From Eledone cirrhosa (lineage: Eukaryota): 64,000 bases of DNA. Where the stretch lies: positions 226,424,001-226,488,000 of the forward strand of contig OZ024740.1 in NCBI GenBank assembly GCA_964016885.1. The letters run 5' to 3'. The notes under the pieces are model-generated. The model was not told where the DNA came from, made no database searches, and saw only the letters and a program-made list of their open reading frames with translations. Shown here one piece after another: positions 41,501 through 56,334 of the stretch (position 1 is the first letter of the stretch; the number at the start of each line of letters is the position of its first letter). Made by a program: the position numbers and the translations under genes.

Positions 41501-43337
41501 GAGTCACCACAAGTGTCATTGTGAAGACAATCACCCCTCACAACTTTTCTCTCGCCTGCATAATAGCTCACTGTTTTCAGAGCTCAGATTGGCCTGTTCA
41601 GACTTTAAGGAATTGTTGGTGCTAACTTAGTCTTGACAACCTTGTACAAAAGAAGGAAAATATTTCAAGAACAGCTCAGCAAAGTGGAGCTAAAACAAAC
41701 CAATATGCATGGCTTTTAACAATAGCAGTATTCTATGTTACAGGAATACTGCAAGATGCTTGCAAATTCCAATTTCAATTTCTACAAACCATTACTGGTT
41801 TTGAAGAAACAAAATGAATATTTTTTCCTCTAAAATAAAGTCCCTATTTTATTATTTGATTTTTTAAAATCTTTTTTATTCATAAATTTTCATTTTTCTA
41901 TTATTATTATTATTATTGTTGTTGTTGTTGCTGTTGTTGTTGTTGTTGTTTTGTTTTGTTTTGTTTTGTTTGTGGTGTAGTTATTTCTGAAAGAGTCCAT
42001 TAATTCAAACTGGTTTTAATTTAATAATAACAAACAGGTGAATCTACAAAAATGCTAAGTTATCCATTAGAATGCCAATATTTTGAGGACATATATTTTA
42101 GTCAATTTTGTCCATAACAATACATTTAATATGCATAAATTTATATAGAATTGTATTCATAGGAAAATTAGATAGTTTTGAAATTTTTGATTAAATTTTT
42201 TTTATACTAAAAAGTTATTCTAAAATAGTAATAAATTAGAAGAAACACTGTTTAATGTCTAGTTAACTACAAGGTTAGAATATTCAACAAGAAATGTTTT
42301 AAAGCTTTTTTGCTGTTAAAACAGGGATTAACCTTGCAGGCCCCATGACAAGCTTCTTTATTTTGTACTACCATCTACACTGACCACACTAACTCCCCAT
42401 TTTTCATTTCTACCTCGATAATCTTTAGTCCTATTATTTTTGGTCTTCTCCTTCCTCTACTTTCCTCCATATTCATTTTCATACCTTTTCCACACATGAC
42501 CTAACCATCTCATTCCATTTCTCTTCACAACATTTATCACATGTTCTAATTTCATCATCCTCTGTAATTCATCATTTGTCTTCCTTTCTATAAGTGATAC
42601 TCCACTATTTCACTGAACCATATTCTATTTGCCAAAACAGACAGGATATATCTAGTTAGCTGATTAATTTATTAGAAACTATCTACACATTACAGATCTT
42701 TCATTTGAAATCTGAAGATATAAAGGTGTCTGGTGTGTTAACATTTTATCAACATTCCCATGTTTATTACATGTTATATCATCATCATCTTTTATTTATC
42801 CCCATTTTCATCTTCCTCAGTCAAGGTGGTAGATTGGCAGTGTATCTGACAAAATGCTTTGTGTATTTAGTTAGAATATATATATATTTTAACTAAATAT
42901 ATTTCAACTAATATATATATATATATATATATCATCACCATCATCATCATTTTACGCCCGCTTTTCCCTGCTTGCAAGAGTGGGACGGGAACTGATTCTG
43001 GCTTGATTTCTACAGCTGGATGCCCTTCCTAATACCAACCTCATTTATAGTGATGCTGGGTGCTTTTTTTGCCGTGGCATCTACACAACCACTTTGCAGT
43101 GGAATGATATGGACCCCTGTCCCTACCATCTCATTTCTACAGCTGAGTAAACTGGAGCAATGTGAAATAAAGTGTCTTGCTCAAGGAAACAACACATCAC
43201 CCAGTCTGAGATTTGAACTCACAACCTTTCGACTGCAAGGCCAATGCTCTAACTACTAAACCATGTGCTTCCATTGATGTACATGGGACACGACCCCACA
43301 TCTTTGGTTTGCCAGACCAATATACACACACACATAT

Positions 43338-46050
43338 ATCATCATCATCATCATCATCGTCATCATCACCGATTTACATCCGTTCTTCCACACTAGCATT
43401 GGGTTAGATGGGTTGTCCTGTTGTGGGCAGTATCCAGTCAGCTGACCTTGCCTTACTCATATGGTAACTGATTCTGGCTTGAATTCTACAGCTGGAAGCC
43501 ATTACTAACACCAACCTCATTTACAGTGTAAACTGGGTGCTTTTTGTCCGTGGCATCTACATGTCCACTTTACAGTGTGGGCTGGGTGCTTTTTTGCTGT
43601 GGCACCTCCACGACCACTTTGCAGTGGGAGGGGTGGAGGCATATTGTCTATATGCTTCAGCTTCGGCTAGTACCCGTGGGAAGTCGGGTCTTCTGTATTA
43701 CTGCATGATGCGAGAGGTCACGGTCATGTGTCATCGCCTTTGAGAGGAGTAATTGGGTAAGGTCGGCTTTTATCAACTCATCCCAAGTCTTCTTGGGTCT
43801 CCCCACTCCGTGGCTTCCATTGACTTCTAGTGCTCTGCACCTTTTTATGCAGCTGTCATCCTTCATATGCATCACATGTCCATACCTCTCTCCTGCATGC
43901 AGCATATGATTCATCTTATGCTCAGTCCCTCTCTCAATTCGTTTATGCTTTGCTGTTCATGTATATTACTATTACACATCCATCGGAGTATGCAGGCTTC
44001 GTTTCTCTCTAATCTACGTAAGTCTTCCACCTTCAGCGCCCAGGTCTCACTACCATGTAACATTGCTGTTCGTATACACGCATCATACAGTCTGCCTTCC
44101 ATTTTGAGGGAAAAGCCTTTTGCAGCTAGCAGTGGCAGTAGCTCCCTGAATTTCTTCCATCCTGTTCTTACCCTAGTTATTGTACTTTCCAAACACCCAC
44201 CTCCACTACTAATTCGGTCACCTAGGTAGCAGAAGCTGTCTACTGTTTCTACAGAGCCCTCCCAGAGTGTGGTGGTGCTTGTGTCCTGTAGCCGTTTGCT
44301 GTCCCGGTGCAGCTGCTACATATAAAGCCTATATTCTTAGTTAAGCTTCCTGAGATTCCACTACATCTCTTGTGTACCCATTGTTTACATATGGGGCAGA
44401 GGATGGAGTGCCTATCTACACCTATCCTACATACTGAGCAAGGCCTTTTCCCTGAGGGGATCTGGGTTCTGTTTTCTCGTCTACTTACAAGGACCTTAGT
44501 CTTTGTCATGTTGACTTTGAGACCCTTTCTTTCTAGTCCCTGCTTCCATGTTTGGAATTTATTCTCTAGTTCCACCATAGATTCAGCTATAAGTGTGAGA
44601 TCATCCTCATATAGAAGTTCCCATGGGCATCCGGTCTTAAACTCCTCCATTATTGCCTGCAAAACTATAATGAATAGGAGAGGGCTAAGAACAGAGCCCT
44701 GGTGGACACCGACCTGTATGCTAAATTCCTCGCTGTAGTCATTGCTAATCCTAACTTTGCTGGCTGCTCCCCTATACATGGCTTTTACAGCTTTCACATT
44801 TTCTAAGAGCCCACCAGATTATAGCACGAGGGATTCTGTCAGATCGACGAATGCCAGGTAGAGCGGCTTACATTTAGCTAGGTACTTTTCCTGTCACTGC
44901 CTCACAAGGAAGAGGGCATCAGTGGTGCCTTCTCCTCGCACAAACCCAAATTGCATCTCATCTAGTTTTACCCGGTCCCTAATCAACTGTGATATAACTC
45001 TTTCCGTTACTTTCATGACCTAGTCCATCAGCTTTATACCCCTATAGTTTCCTCTATCTAGTGCATCACCTTTACCCTTGTAGCAGTTGATAATGATGCT
45101 GCTGCACCAATCCTTTGGTATGACACCTTCTAGTATTACCTGGTTAACAATACGTGTGGTTATAGTGTGACCTACAGACCCAGATGCCTTCAGCATCTCG
45201 GCAGCTATACCCGATGGACCGGTTGCCTTCCCCATCTTCATATCTTTGATTGCCTTACTTACTACACTGCTGCGGACTTGTACTGCTGGTCCCTCTATAC
45301 CCACTTGGGGTAGGGACTCTTTTTCCCATGCATTCTTCTCATTTAGTAATATTTCATAATGGCTCTTCCATGCATCTTTCTTCTCAGCACTTGTGAGGGC
45401 AAGCTCACCTTTATCATTCCGGATACACTTCTTTCCAGTGACATCACAATTCTCTCTGACACACTGCCTCACAATCTTGAACACCTCCTGTTTCTGGTCC
45501 TCACATTGCAAAACATGCTTGAATTTTCTATCCTCTGCTTCCCTTCTAGCTAAGTATACTTGTCGCCTAGCTTCCCTCCTGGTCTCTATGTAATGTACCC
45601 TGCTTCCCCCATTCTTCCATTCTTTACATGCCTGTCTCTTAGCCTTAACTGCCTCATCTACCTTATTGTTCCACCACCAAGTCCCTCTCCTCCTTGTGGT
45701 CTTTCTCCAACCATAGATCTCGTCCGTCGCCTTTAGTAAGTTATTTTTTAGGAACTCCCAGTGCACTTCTGCATTGAATGTCTCTATCTGTTCTTCTTTA
45801 CTGTCATAGGTGTTGAGTAAAATATCTTTAAATCTGTTACTGGCTTTCAGCTTCCAGATCTTTCTTCTCCAGGTTGCTTTCTGTTTCCAAGTTCGTCTAG
45901 TTTTGACAGTGAGGTCGCTGACAACTAAGTTATGTTGGGAGGTACATTCCTCACCAGGGAAGGCTTTTGTGTTTATAACCGTCCATCTATCATGCCCTAT
46001 GATGAAGATAAAATCTATCTGACTAGAATGCTCCCCTGATCTGTAAGATC
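43338..46050 (-). mobile_element. Longest RTE LINE copy (end of APE endonuclease to tail), decayed
   Basis: YRSGEHSSQIDF...SQHNLVV, WWWN, YKGKGDALDRGNYRGIKL, GVHQGSVLSPLLF; stops and deletions. Confidence 0.93.
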
Positions 46051-46227
46051 CTGAAGCCATGTGGTTGGAAATTGAACTTCTTAACCAGATAGTCATATCA
46101 GTACTTTATAACATACTACCTGAAAATTCTTAGAGCAGATGTGGTCCCTACTTTAAAGGAAATTTGTAAAGAAGACTTTGAATAGGTCAGGAGAATAAAA
46201 TAGAAACATGCCAATTTGAGAAACACT

Positions 46228-46445
46228 TTCTTCTTCTTCTTCTTCTTCTTCTTCTTCTTCTTCTTCTTCTTCTTCTTCTTCTTCTTCTTCTTCTTCTTCT
46301 TCTTCTTCTTCTTCCTAAGAGGATCATAGGGGCAGAGTCCTAAAACACGCCATCTTGCTCAGGGTCTAGCCTTGGGTCTCCTGCCAGTTGGTTTTGCCTG
46401 TAAAATCTGTCCAGCTATTCTTTCCTGAGACATTCTAATCAGACG
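46228..46445 (-). repeat. (CTT)n microsatellite, probably the tail of an old RTE fragment
   Basis: About 28 ctt units next to a minus-strand GKTNWQETQG-like remnant. Confidence 0.6.
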
Positions 46446-47439
46446 ACCAGCACTTTCATGGATATGAAATCTTTCCTTGATGGTTGAAGCTAATGAGAAA
46501 GAAAATTTACAGAAATTTAAACCTCTCATTACAGCATTTCTAATGATAGATAGTGTCTATGATTGTGGTGGGACGCTTTTAGATATAAACAAACAGTTTA
46601 TATGATAGAACCAAGGATGGTTTTATAAGGATTACCTGAAACATTCATAGGTTGACCAAGATACTCTCATGGAATGACCAAATGAGGTTTATTTATTCTA
46701 CATAGTCCCTGGAAAGAAACAATGCAATTATTAATAAGAAGAGTTGAAATTAATTCATGCAAGATTTCATATCTCTAGCATCAATCTTTCATAGTCAGAC
46801 CCTTGTACATAATTTGATATGAAGAGTTAACAAGTTTTCTCACTAGTTATTCATTACATAGGAGAGAATATTAGTTGGTTTGTTCTCTGTTTTTCTTGTA
46901 AAATAATCAGCAATAATTATAAGAAACAATATTTGTTTTCTATGTTTATTTTTTCTAATCAGTTAATTTGGGATTATTTCCTCTATTTTACAAAAATTTA
47001 TTTGTTTGAAAAATTACAATTCACAAGTCTGTGTTAAGTTATCTGTATAAAAATATGGCCCTCTCAGTTTACATTATGACTATTACAATCATTGTCAAAC
47101 TCATGGTTATCACAATTAAGATCATATGAATGTTTCTTTTTCTCTGCTGACAGAAGCTGTTAAGTCTGTAATACAGCCATGCTATGTATATCATAACTCT
47201 TACATTAACTTATCAATGACACTCAATATCCAATGTCAAATGCCAATGTCAAACTGCATCCTGAGCTGTTTCAGCTACAAATACTTTTTTAAGAACAAAA
47301 TTCCATCATATATTTACATTACTTGTATATACAAGTGGTTACCAAAATTATTTTGTTGCATCCATACCTCCATTTTAGGAACAATGACCATCACCAATGA
47401 AGAAAATATGTGTTTTTGAGAGAAACCTATTCATATATA

Positions 47440-47606
47440 CCGTATTTCCCCGTGCCAAATATGCTTTGTCCTCGAGGATGCACCCTAATTTTCACAACCA
47501 AAAATTTTTTTTAAATAATTAACAATCTTTGGCCTACCGAGCGCATGGTAGATTTTTGAGACTTATTTTAGGAAAAAAGTAGCGTCTTCTGCACTGGGAA
47601 ATACAG
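47440..47606. mobile_element. Tc2/pogo-type MITE
   Basis: ta|ccgtatttccccgtgc ... gcactgggaaatacag|ta. Confidence 0.7.
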
Positions 47607-47679
47607 TATATAAAAAAAAAAACGTAAAATAATTTGTATGAAATTTTATGCCAAAACAGAATTTTATTGTAGAACTTAC

Positions 47680-47701
47680 CTTTTGAAATCTCTGGCCTAT
47701 A
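47680..47701 (-). CDS. Candidate micro-exon (22 nt YRPEISK or 17 nt ARDFK, depending on acceptor)
   Basis: Perfect donor AAG|gtaagt; tandem acceptors tattag|tatag|. Confidence 0.3.
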
Positions 47702-48985
47702 CTAATACAATTGTCTCTTTTTCATACATTAGACAATAACTTTAGTAATGAGTGAATTCCTCTCAAATCCTTTACATTCAAAACAAAATTAGAATTTGGT
47801 TTTTCACTCTAACATAGTAGATATGTAAATGTATTCGTGAGTTTTATATTGAATAATAATTGTTTTTACTTTTGACACAAGGTCAGCAATTACCCAATAC
47901 ATTACTGGTACTTTATTTTATCGACCGCATAAGGATGAAAGGCAAAGTCAACCTCGGCGGGATTTGAACTCAATCCGTAAAAGGACGTAACTGAGCTGCA
48001 AAGCATGGCGTCCGACCCTCTACCAATACTGCCTTGCAAGCAAAGAGCCTCATTACGTTATGTTTTGTAGATGACCATTGCCATCCTTTTGTTCTAGTGG
48101 TGACACAGAGAAACAATCGACAATATTGTTTCTGCCCTTTGTCAAGATTGTGTATCTCTTTTACATTCAATTTTTCCTTTAACCCTTTAGTATTTAAAAC
48201 GACCATATCTGGCCAGAATTCTCTCACCTCTTTCTGTTCAAACTGGCCATAACTGGCCGCTCATACTGATGTTAAGGTATTGTTCCCAAAATATATAATA
48301 GTAAAATCTCATAGATTCCATACTATGTGAGATAATTATTTGAAATAAAGTATTGACCATGAAAATACAATACTTAATATAGAGTAATGTAAATTCTAAA
48401 GGGTTAATAGACCTTCATATTAAACTGACAGTACTCAGCTTGTTTCTTTGCATTCCCTAACCTTACATTTACTTTCATGCAGTGTTACACTTCTTCTTCT
48501 TGCTTGATGAGACTGGGGTCATCCTAGGTCAGTGATCCCAGAGGCATCATCATGCATAGAGCCGACCAGGTCCACCAGTGCCCTCCATCACTGATGGTCT
48601 GTTCCAACCTTTCTGCATCTTCCAAGGTGACGCTGAGCATCTGGAGATCTTCCTTGAAATCATTTGGTGTAGAGCCTGCCAGGAGGTTTCTTCTAGCCTG
48701 TAGTTGCTGTGTGAAAGAGGAGTAAGACCCTGGTAGAATAATCAGGCAGCAGGTGAAGGACATGTCCATACCAGCATAAGCGGCAGATGGCTATGAGGCA
48801 GGAGGCTGTGGGCTGATGCATATATGCAACATTTTGTTGAAAATGTGGTGATATCATCTGATGTTCTCAGTGTTCCTCAGAGCTCTGCTATGGAAGCCTT
48901 GAATGATATGTCATACATTATCTAGAACTTCCTTTGAGAGCATGTAGAAATCTTGTCTGTTCTTCACAAAAGAAAAGTATCTTAC

Positions 48986-49017
48986 CTCCCTTCTTATCAA
49001 CTCCTGCATTAATTCCT
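48986..49017 (-). CDS. Candidate 32-nt micro-exon (ELMQELIRRE)
   Basis: gtctatttattag| ... GAG|gtaaga; purine-rich open sequence. Confidence 0.35.
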
Positions 49018-49137
49018 CTAATAAATAGACACAGTCCTTGTTTTTGAGTCTATCTGTTTATTTCATTGTCATTTATTGTTTTAATCTTTTCTGATTTCTG
49101 GTTATCTGACTTTAAATTCCTTTTTATGTTTTCTAAT

Positions 49138-49324
49138 ATGAGGGTAGGCTGACCAAGATTCTCTCATGGAAGGACCAAATGAGGTATATTTTTTCAACAT
49201 AGTCTCTGAAAAGAAACAATACAGCTATTAATAAGAAGAGTTGAAATTAATGCATGCAAGATTTTACAGCTCTAGCATCACTCCTTCATAGTCAGCCTTT
49301 GAACTTTTCAGCCAACCCTCGTAC
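49138..49324. mobile_element. Mariner-type MITE; related copies at about 46627-46807 and 49758-50056 (composite)
   Basis: Body and TIR shared with 62480-62677. Confidence 0.75.
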
Positions 49325-50499
49325 TTGGGTAGGCAACCGTCTCGGAGTATAACGTACTGTGTTCACTTTTATAAATTTATGCTGCAAAATATATTTTCCA
49401 CATTAAAGAGTTAAGCCCAGTTATCCTAATTATGAGTCTATTTCAACAAGCAAGTGTAGCTATGAAATAGGCAAATACTTAAGGCATGGAATTAGCAATT
49501 TATACATTTTTAGTTCAAATTTTTAGTTCATGGACTTTATTAATTATAAGAGGGTCGGAGCCATGCTTTGACGCATAGAGTTACGGCCCTTGCCATTCTG
49601 AGTTCAATTCCCGCCGAGGTTAACTTTGCCTTTCATCCTTATGGGGTCGATAAAATAAAGTACCAGTAATACACTGGGTAATTGCTGGCCTTGTGCCAAA
49701 AGTAGAAACAATTATTTATTTAAGGAGTGCACATATTTTAAATCATTAAGGGGTTACTATGAGAGTGGGCTGAAACGTTCATAGGCTAAGGAATGATGCT
49801 AGAGCTGTGAAATCTTGCATGCATTAATTTCAATTCCTCTTATTAATAACTGCATTATATATTTCTAGGGACTATGCTGAAAAATAAACCTCATTCCGTG
49901 AGAGTATCTTGGTCAGCCTTTATTTTTCAACATAATCCCTGGAAAGAAACAGCGCAGTTATTAATAATAAGAGTTGAAATTAATGCATGCAAGATTTTGC
50001 AGCTCAAGCATCTCTCCTTCATAGTCAGCCTATGAACCTTTCAATTGACCCTTGTATCATATCCTTTTCTTTATTATGTTACCTCTAGTACTACCCCCTT
50101 TCTAGTTAACACCTCTTACTACAAATCTAGTTGAGGGGGCCATATTGAAAGGGAACTGTTTTAAAAAAATAAAGTGTTCAAAGATACAACTTTTGTCAAC
50201 TCTATTCATTGGAATAGTTGTGCATACATTTCAAAATTTCCTGTTAGCAAAATAATCTCCAAAAAAGAAAAGAAATTTCATCTGGTAAAACTTATTAATA
50301 ATCCAATTTCCTCAAAGCTGTCATTAGAGACATCCATACATACCAAAACAAAAATAGGATAAAATTGATGAGGATGATGATGATGATTATGAACATCAAC
50401 GATGATGATGATGATAAAAACAACAACAATAATAATAATAATAATAACGGTGGTAGTTGTGATGATGATGACAGCAACAACAACAACAGTAGGAATAAT

Positions 50500-51119
50500 A
50501 ATAATTGTTTCTACTTTAGGCACAAGGCCAGCAATTAACCAGTGCATTACTGGTACTTTATTTTATCGACCCCGTAAGGATGAAAGGCAAAGTCGACCTC
50601 GTAATGTTGGTGATGTGGGTGATGATGACAACAGCAACAACAACAACATTAATATTAATAATAACAATAATGATTTCATTTGTTGGCCACAAGGGCCGAC
50701 ATGTAATAATAACAATAATAATAATAATTGTTTCTACTTTTGGCACAAGGCCAGCAATTATCCCAGTACATTACTGGTACTTTATTTTATCGACCCCGCA
50801 ACTATGAAAGGCAAAGTTAACCTCGGCGCCATTTGAACTCAGAACATAAAGAGACGTAACTCTATGCTGCAAATCATGGTGTCGGATGCTCTACCGATAC
50901 TGTCAAGTAATAATAATAATAATGATAATAATAATTGTTTCTACTTTAGGCACAAGGCCAGCAATTACCCAGTTCATTACTGGTACTTTATTTTATCGAC
51001 CCCGTAAGGATGAAAGGCAAAGTTAACCTCGGCGGAATTCGAACTCAGAATGGCAAGGGCCGTAACTCTATGCGTCAAAGCATAGCATCCGACCCTCTAC
51101 CGATATTGCCAATCCACCC
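50500..51119 (-). mobile_element. Three Meta-type SINEs embedded in (AAT)n
   Basis: Copies at about 50500-50600 (partial), 50722-50902 and 50930-51119. Confidence 0.85.
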
Positions 51120-51124
51120 ATAAT

Positions 51125-51975
51125 AATGCTTTCTTTATTAACCACAAGGGTTTACACAAAGTAGACATTAAGGACAGTACAGGACAATACAGGACGGTAC
51201 AAAAGGGCATTTCTGCATGTAAAAAAACAAAAAACAGAGGATGTAATAATAGAACAAATGAAAAAATTCCCCAATAGGGGGGAGACTTCCGAGGGACATT
51301 CGTGGAGAAAGCCCATTAAGAAGCCACAGTGACCCTGACCACCAGGGCAAGTGCCCTCTCCCAGTTTTCCACCTTTAATTTACAGGCACATACTCAGAGT
51401 AGGCCCATTCACACGGGCCATTCTTGCCTCTCTCACCCATCTTTCAACAAAATGCTGGGAAGAGAGCACTTCCCTCTCTACCCTGATTTTCCTTTTCAAA
51501 TGAAATTGGAAAAAGTCAATCAGGGCATCACCGAAGAGGTAAGTGCTCATCTTCAGCCCTTTCAAACGTGTCCACCATACTATCTCTTTCGCCATGGCCA
51601 CCAGACAGATAAAAACTGCCTGCCCTTCCCGGCTAAAGGAAGAGGGCGGGGCAATCCTCACGATGGACTCAGCTGATAGTCGGATCCGTTCTACACGCGA
51701 CAGCAGATGTTCGACATATACCCACAAGTCAGCAATGCTCGGACATTGGACGAGTGCATGCAGGACGGTTTCGTTGCCCTGCGCGCATCTCGGACATGCC
51801 CGGCTGATGGCACCTCCATGCCTGTAGAGTTTATCCCGAACTGGCAAAGCTCCTCGGTAGCACTGCCAGGCCAGGGATTTCTGGAAGTTGTCCATAGACC
51901 CCGGCCCGAAAGTTCTTCCGAAGAGATTGGCTAGTTGATTTTCGTCGACGCCTAGAGTTTCCCCAAGTACGTCGT
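51125..51975 (-). mobile_element. L1/Tx1-clade LINE 3' fragment
   Basis: zf-RVT domain AWQCYRGALPVRDKL...CPRC..ETVLHALVQC, intact to the stop; 3'UTR ends aataaagaaagcattatt. Confidence 0.85.
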
Positions 51976-52173
51976 CATAATGGTAGTGGTTGTAATGGTG
52001 ATAACAACAATAACAACAACAACAGCAACAAGAATAATAATGGTGTGGTGGTAATGGTGATGATGACAATGATTACAACAATAACAGCAACAGCAAAAAC
52101 AACAACAACAACATCAATAGTGATGGTGATGACAGTTATGATAGTAATGATAATTTCCCTTTATCTTCATTAT

Positions 52174-53213
52174 TAATTGTTTCTACTTTTGGCACAAGGC
52201 CAGCAATTACCTCAGTGTATTACTGGTACTTTATTTTATCGACCACGTAAGGATGAAAGGCAAAGTTAACCTCGGCGAGATTTGAACTCAGAAAGGCAAG
52301 GGCCGTAACTCAAATCATGGCGTCAGACCCTCTACCGATACTGCCAATCCACCACCCTAACATGGTGTCCGACCCTCTACCGATACTGCCAATCCACCAC
52401 CCTAACATGGCATCAGACCCTCTACCGATACTGCCAATCCACCACCCTAACATGGTGTCCGACCCTCTACTGATACTGCCAATCCACCACCCTAACATGG
52501 TGTCAGACCCTCTACCGATACTGCCAATCCACCACCCTAACATGGTGTCCGACCCTCTACTGATACTGCCAATCCACCACCCTAACATGGTGTCAGACCC
52601 TCTACCGATACTGCTAATCCACCACCCTAACATGGCGTCAGACCCTCTACCGATACTGCCAATCCACCACCCTAACATGGTGTCCGACCCTCTACTGATA
52701 CTGCCAATCCACCACCCTAACATGGTGTCAGACCCTCTACCGATACTGCCAATCCACCACCCTAACATGGTGTCCGACCCTCTACTGATACTGCTAATCC
52801 ACCACCCTAACATGGCGTCAGACCCTCTACCGATACTGCCAATCCACCGCCCTAACATGGCGTCAGACCCTCTACCGATACTGCTAATCCACCACCCTAA
52901 CATGGCGTCAGACCCTCTACCGATACTGCCAATCCACCGCCCTAACATGGCGTCAGACCCTCTACCGATACTGCCAATCCACCACCCTAACATGGTGTCA
53001 GACCCTCTACCGATACTGCTAATCCACCACCCTAACATGGTGTCCGACCCTCTACTGATACTGCCAATCCACCACCCTAACATGGTGTCAGACCCTCTAC
53101 CGATACTGCTAATCCACCACCCTAACATGGCGTCAGACCCTCTACCGATACTGCCAATCCACCACCCTAACATGGCGTCAGACCCTCTACCGATACTGCC
53201 AATCCACCGCCCT
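52174..53213 (-). repeat. SINE whose 45-bp 5' head is amplified about 20 times
   Basis: Unit ttagggtggtggattggcagtatcggtagagggtcggacaccatg; whole block flanked by the TSD tatcttcattattaat. Confidence 0.92.
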
Positions 53214-53233
53214 ATCTTCATTATTAATGCCAC

Positions 53234-53426
53234 GGGTGGTGGATTGGCAGTATCGGTAGAGAGTCGGACACCATGATTTGAAGCATAGAGTTACGTCCCT
53301 TTATGATCTGTGTTCAAATCCCGCCGAGGTTAACTTTGCCTTTCATCCTTACGGGGTCGATAAAATAAAGTACCAGTAATACACTGATTAATTGCTGGCA
53401 TTGTGCCAAAAGTAGAAACAATTATT
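53234..53426 (+). mobile_element. Meta-type SINE, head-to-head with the array
   Basis: Full consensus; TSD attattaatgcca. Confidence 0.9.
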
Positions 53427-53696
53427 AATGCCATCAGGATAGGAATGGGCATTACAATATCTATGCCAACCTTGAGGCATGGTATGTTAGTTGTGAAGGC
53501 AATGTGTTGGAAACCACTCCAATATATTGGCTCTAGGACATTGTGACAGAGATATATAGCAAGCTATACCCAAACAAATAGATAGGATTTTTTTTATTGT
53601 AAAAAGACATACAGAATTTACAAGTTGTCATGCCAATATAGAAAAATTCAACAGCATATCTATCACAAATTGTTTCACCCCCCTGTCACTGTGACA

Positions 53697-53732
<36 letters not shown>

Positions 53733-54655
53733 TCTGTTATTGCTGCTGCTGTTGTTGTACTGTAGCACATAAAAATAACACGTTTTTATGAAGCAACATG
53801 AAAAAAACAATCATCTTGCCACACCAACTATATCATATTTACAACAGTAAAGATACAGGAACAGTACTTTTATTACGGAAAATATATAAATGTTATGTTC
53901 ACAGAGGGTGTCACAACTATAAACAATAATTTCACACACCTCTAAAACTCCACCGGCTTCATTCGTTCTTTATTTTCCATCATCGTCATCATAGCCAACA
54001 AGACAACTATTATCTTCATGTTTTCCACCACCTCTGCTAACATTCCACCAATTTCATATTAATTTTAGAATCATAAGCATGACACATTTCAGTGTTGAAT
54101 AGATGTATTTCGGTGCTCAAATTAATTCCTCCCTAGAATGTAGTTCATACCTTCTATTCAGTTGTGATATATTTTTACAATTCAGTAGTCATCATTGCTT
54201 TCATTATGTCTGTTTCCATACTAGCATGGTTTGTAGAGATTTTTTGGCCAAATGCTTGTCTTGATAACAACACATACTTTATTATTGGCAGTATCGGTAG
54301 AGGGTCGGACGCCATGCTTTCCAGCATAGTTACGTCCCTTTACGACCTGAGTTCAAATCCCGCCGAGGTTGACTTTGCCTTTCATCCTTATGGGGTCGAT
54401 AAAATAAAGTACCAGTAATGCACTGGATAATTGCTGGCCTTGTGCCTAAAGTAGAAACAATTATTTATAACTATGTGCAAACTGTTCATCTATGTTGAAC
54501 CAAACCCCGTGGGATCTATTATTTATGCAAGGCATAAACAAATGACGCAGGCCTGCTCTAAATATTGTTGATATAAAAACACATGCAATCAACTCACACA
54601 CAAAGACAGACAGACAGAGACACACACACCCACACATACACATACACACACACAT

Positions 54656-54688
<33 letters not shown>

Positions 54689-55323
54689 CATATTAAGAAA
54701 AGGAAGACAGGTGGTATCACATATTCAACATCAGTTTATTTCATTTCATCATACCTGTTGTGTACATTTCAAAGGCATCAAAAGGATTTTATGCAACAGT
54801 TATCCGATGCATTATCATCATACAGGTGTTTAAATGTAAATAAAAATAAAGTTTTGTTTTTGTTTTTGATATGCCTTCCATATATGTGTGTGTGTGTGTA
54901 TATATATGTATTTATATGCCTTCCATGTGTGTGTGTGTATATATAAATATATATATGTGTATGTATATACACACACACACAACAGCCTTATTTACAGTCT
55001 TCATCAATCAAATTCTCTCATGTGCCATTGGTCAGCCGAAGGATTTAGTAAAAGACATTCTAACCATGACTATCCCATCTTTTTCTGTTTATCTTGCACT
55101 ATATAAAGCAATGTGATCTGCCATTTTCAGATTAGAGGTTGATGTTATTTTAAATGATCATCATTGTGGCCACTTCCTGACAATGTGTCTTCCCAATTCA
55201 ATTTTCCATTGCTCCTGGCAACTATTCCCACCTGAAGATTGCATTGTCCGTGAGTTGATCAAGGAATGTTCAAGCAGGTCTTCCTCTATTGCATCTCCTG
55301 TGTGTTGGTTCCCATAATATCCC

Positions 55324-55358
<35 letters not shown>

Positions 55359-55764
55359 AACCTAATACATTTTGTAACTTGTACTCCTGTGTTGTTGTTG
55401 TTTTTTTTGCTTTCCTATATATATATATATCATCATCATCATCATCATCATTTTACGTCCGCTTTTCCCTGCTTGCAAGGGTGGGATGGGAACTGATTCT
55501 GGCTTGATTTCTACAGCTGGATGCCCTTCCTAACACCAACCTCATTTACAGTGAGTGCTGGGTGCTTTTTTGCCGTGGCACCTCCACGACCACTTTGCAG
55601 TGGAATGATATGGACCCCAGTCCCTATCATATCATTTCTACAGCTGAGTAAACTGGAACAATGTGAAATAAAGTGTCTTGCTCAATGACACAACACATCA
55701 CCCGGTCTGAGAATTGAACTCACAACCTCTCGATTGCAAGGCCAATGCTCTAACCACTAAGCCA

Positions 55765-56087
<323 letters not shown>

Positions 56088-56290
56088 TACATGCCAGTAA
56101 ATATACATATTCAAAATTTGTTGTTGTTTTCTCAGACATGTAATACATGCTTTTTTGCTCTGCATATAATAATTACTCACTTTTTTCGCCTGTCTTACAA
56201 ACTATATGCTTTGAGCACACTAACCTTCTCTCTATTGGCTTGTAATTTTCTTAACTAACCACTCTCCTCTTTGATTAGTTTGCTTACTTA

Positions 56291-56332
<42 letters not shown>

Positions 56333-56334
56333 AA

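Noticed and set aside
46055-46190. Tc1-like transposase fragment YLKILRADVVPTLKEI
   Set aside because: Too short and degenerate to call.
52310-53276. 307-aa and 319-aa repetitive ORFs on both strands
   Set aside because: By-product of a stop-free 45-bp SINE-head tandem array.
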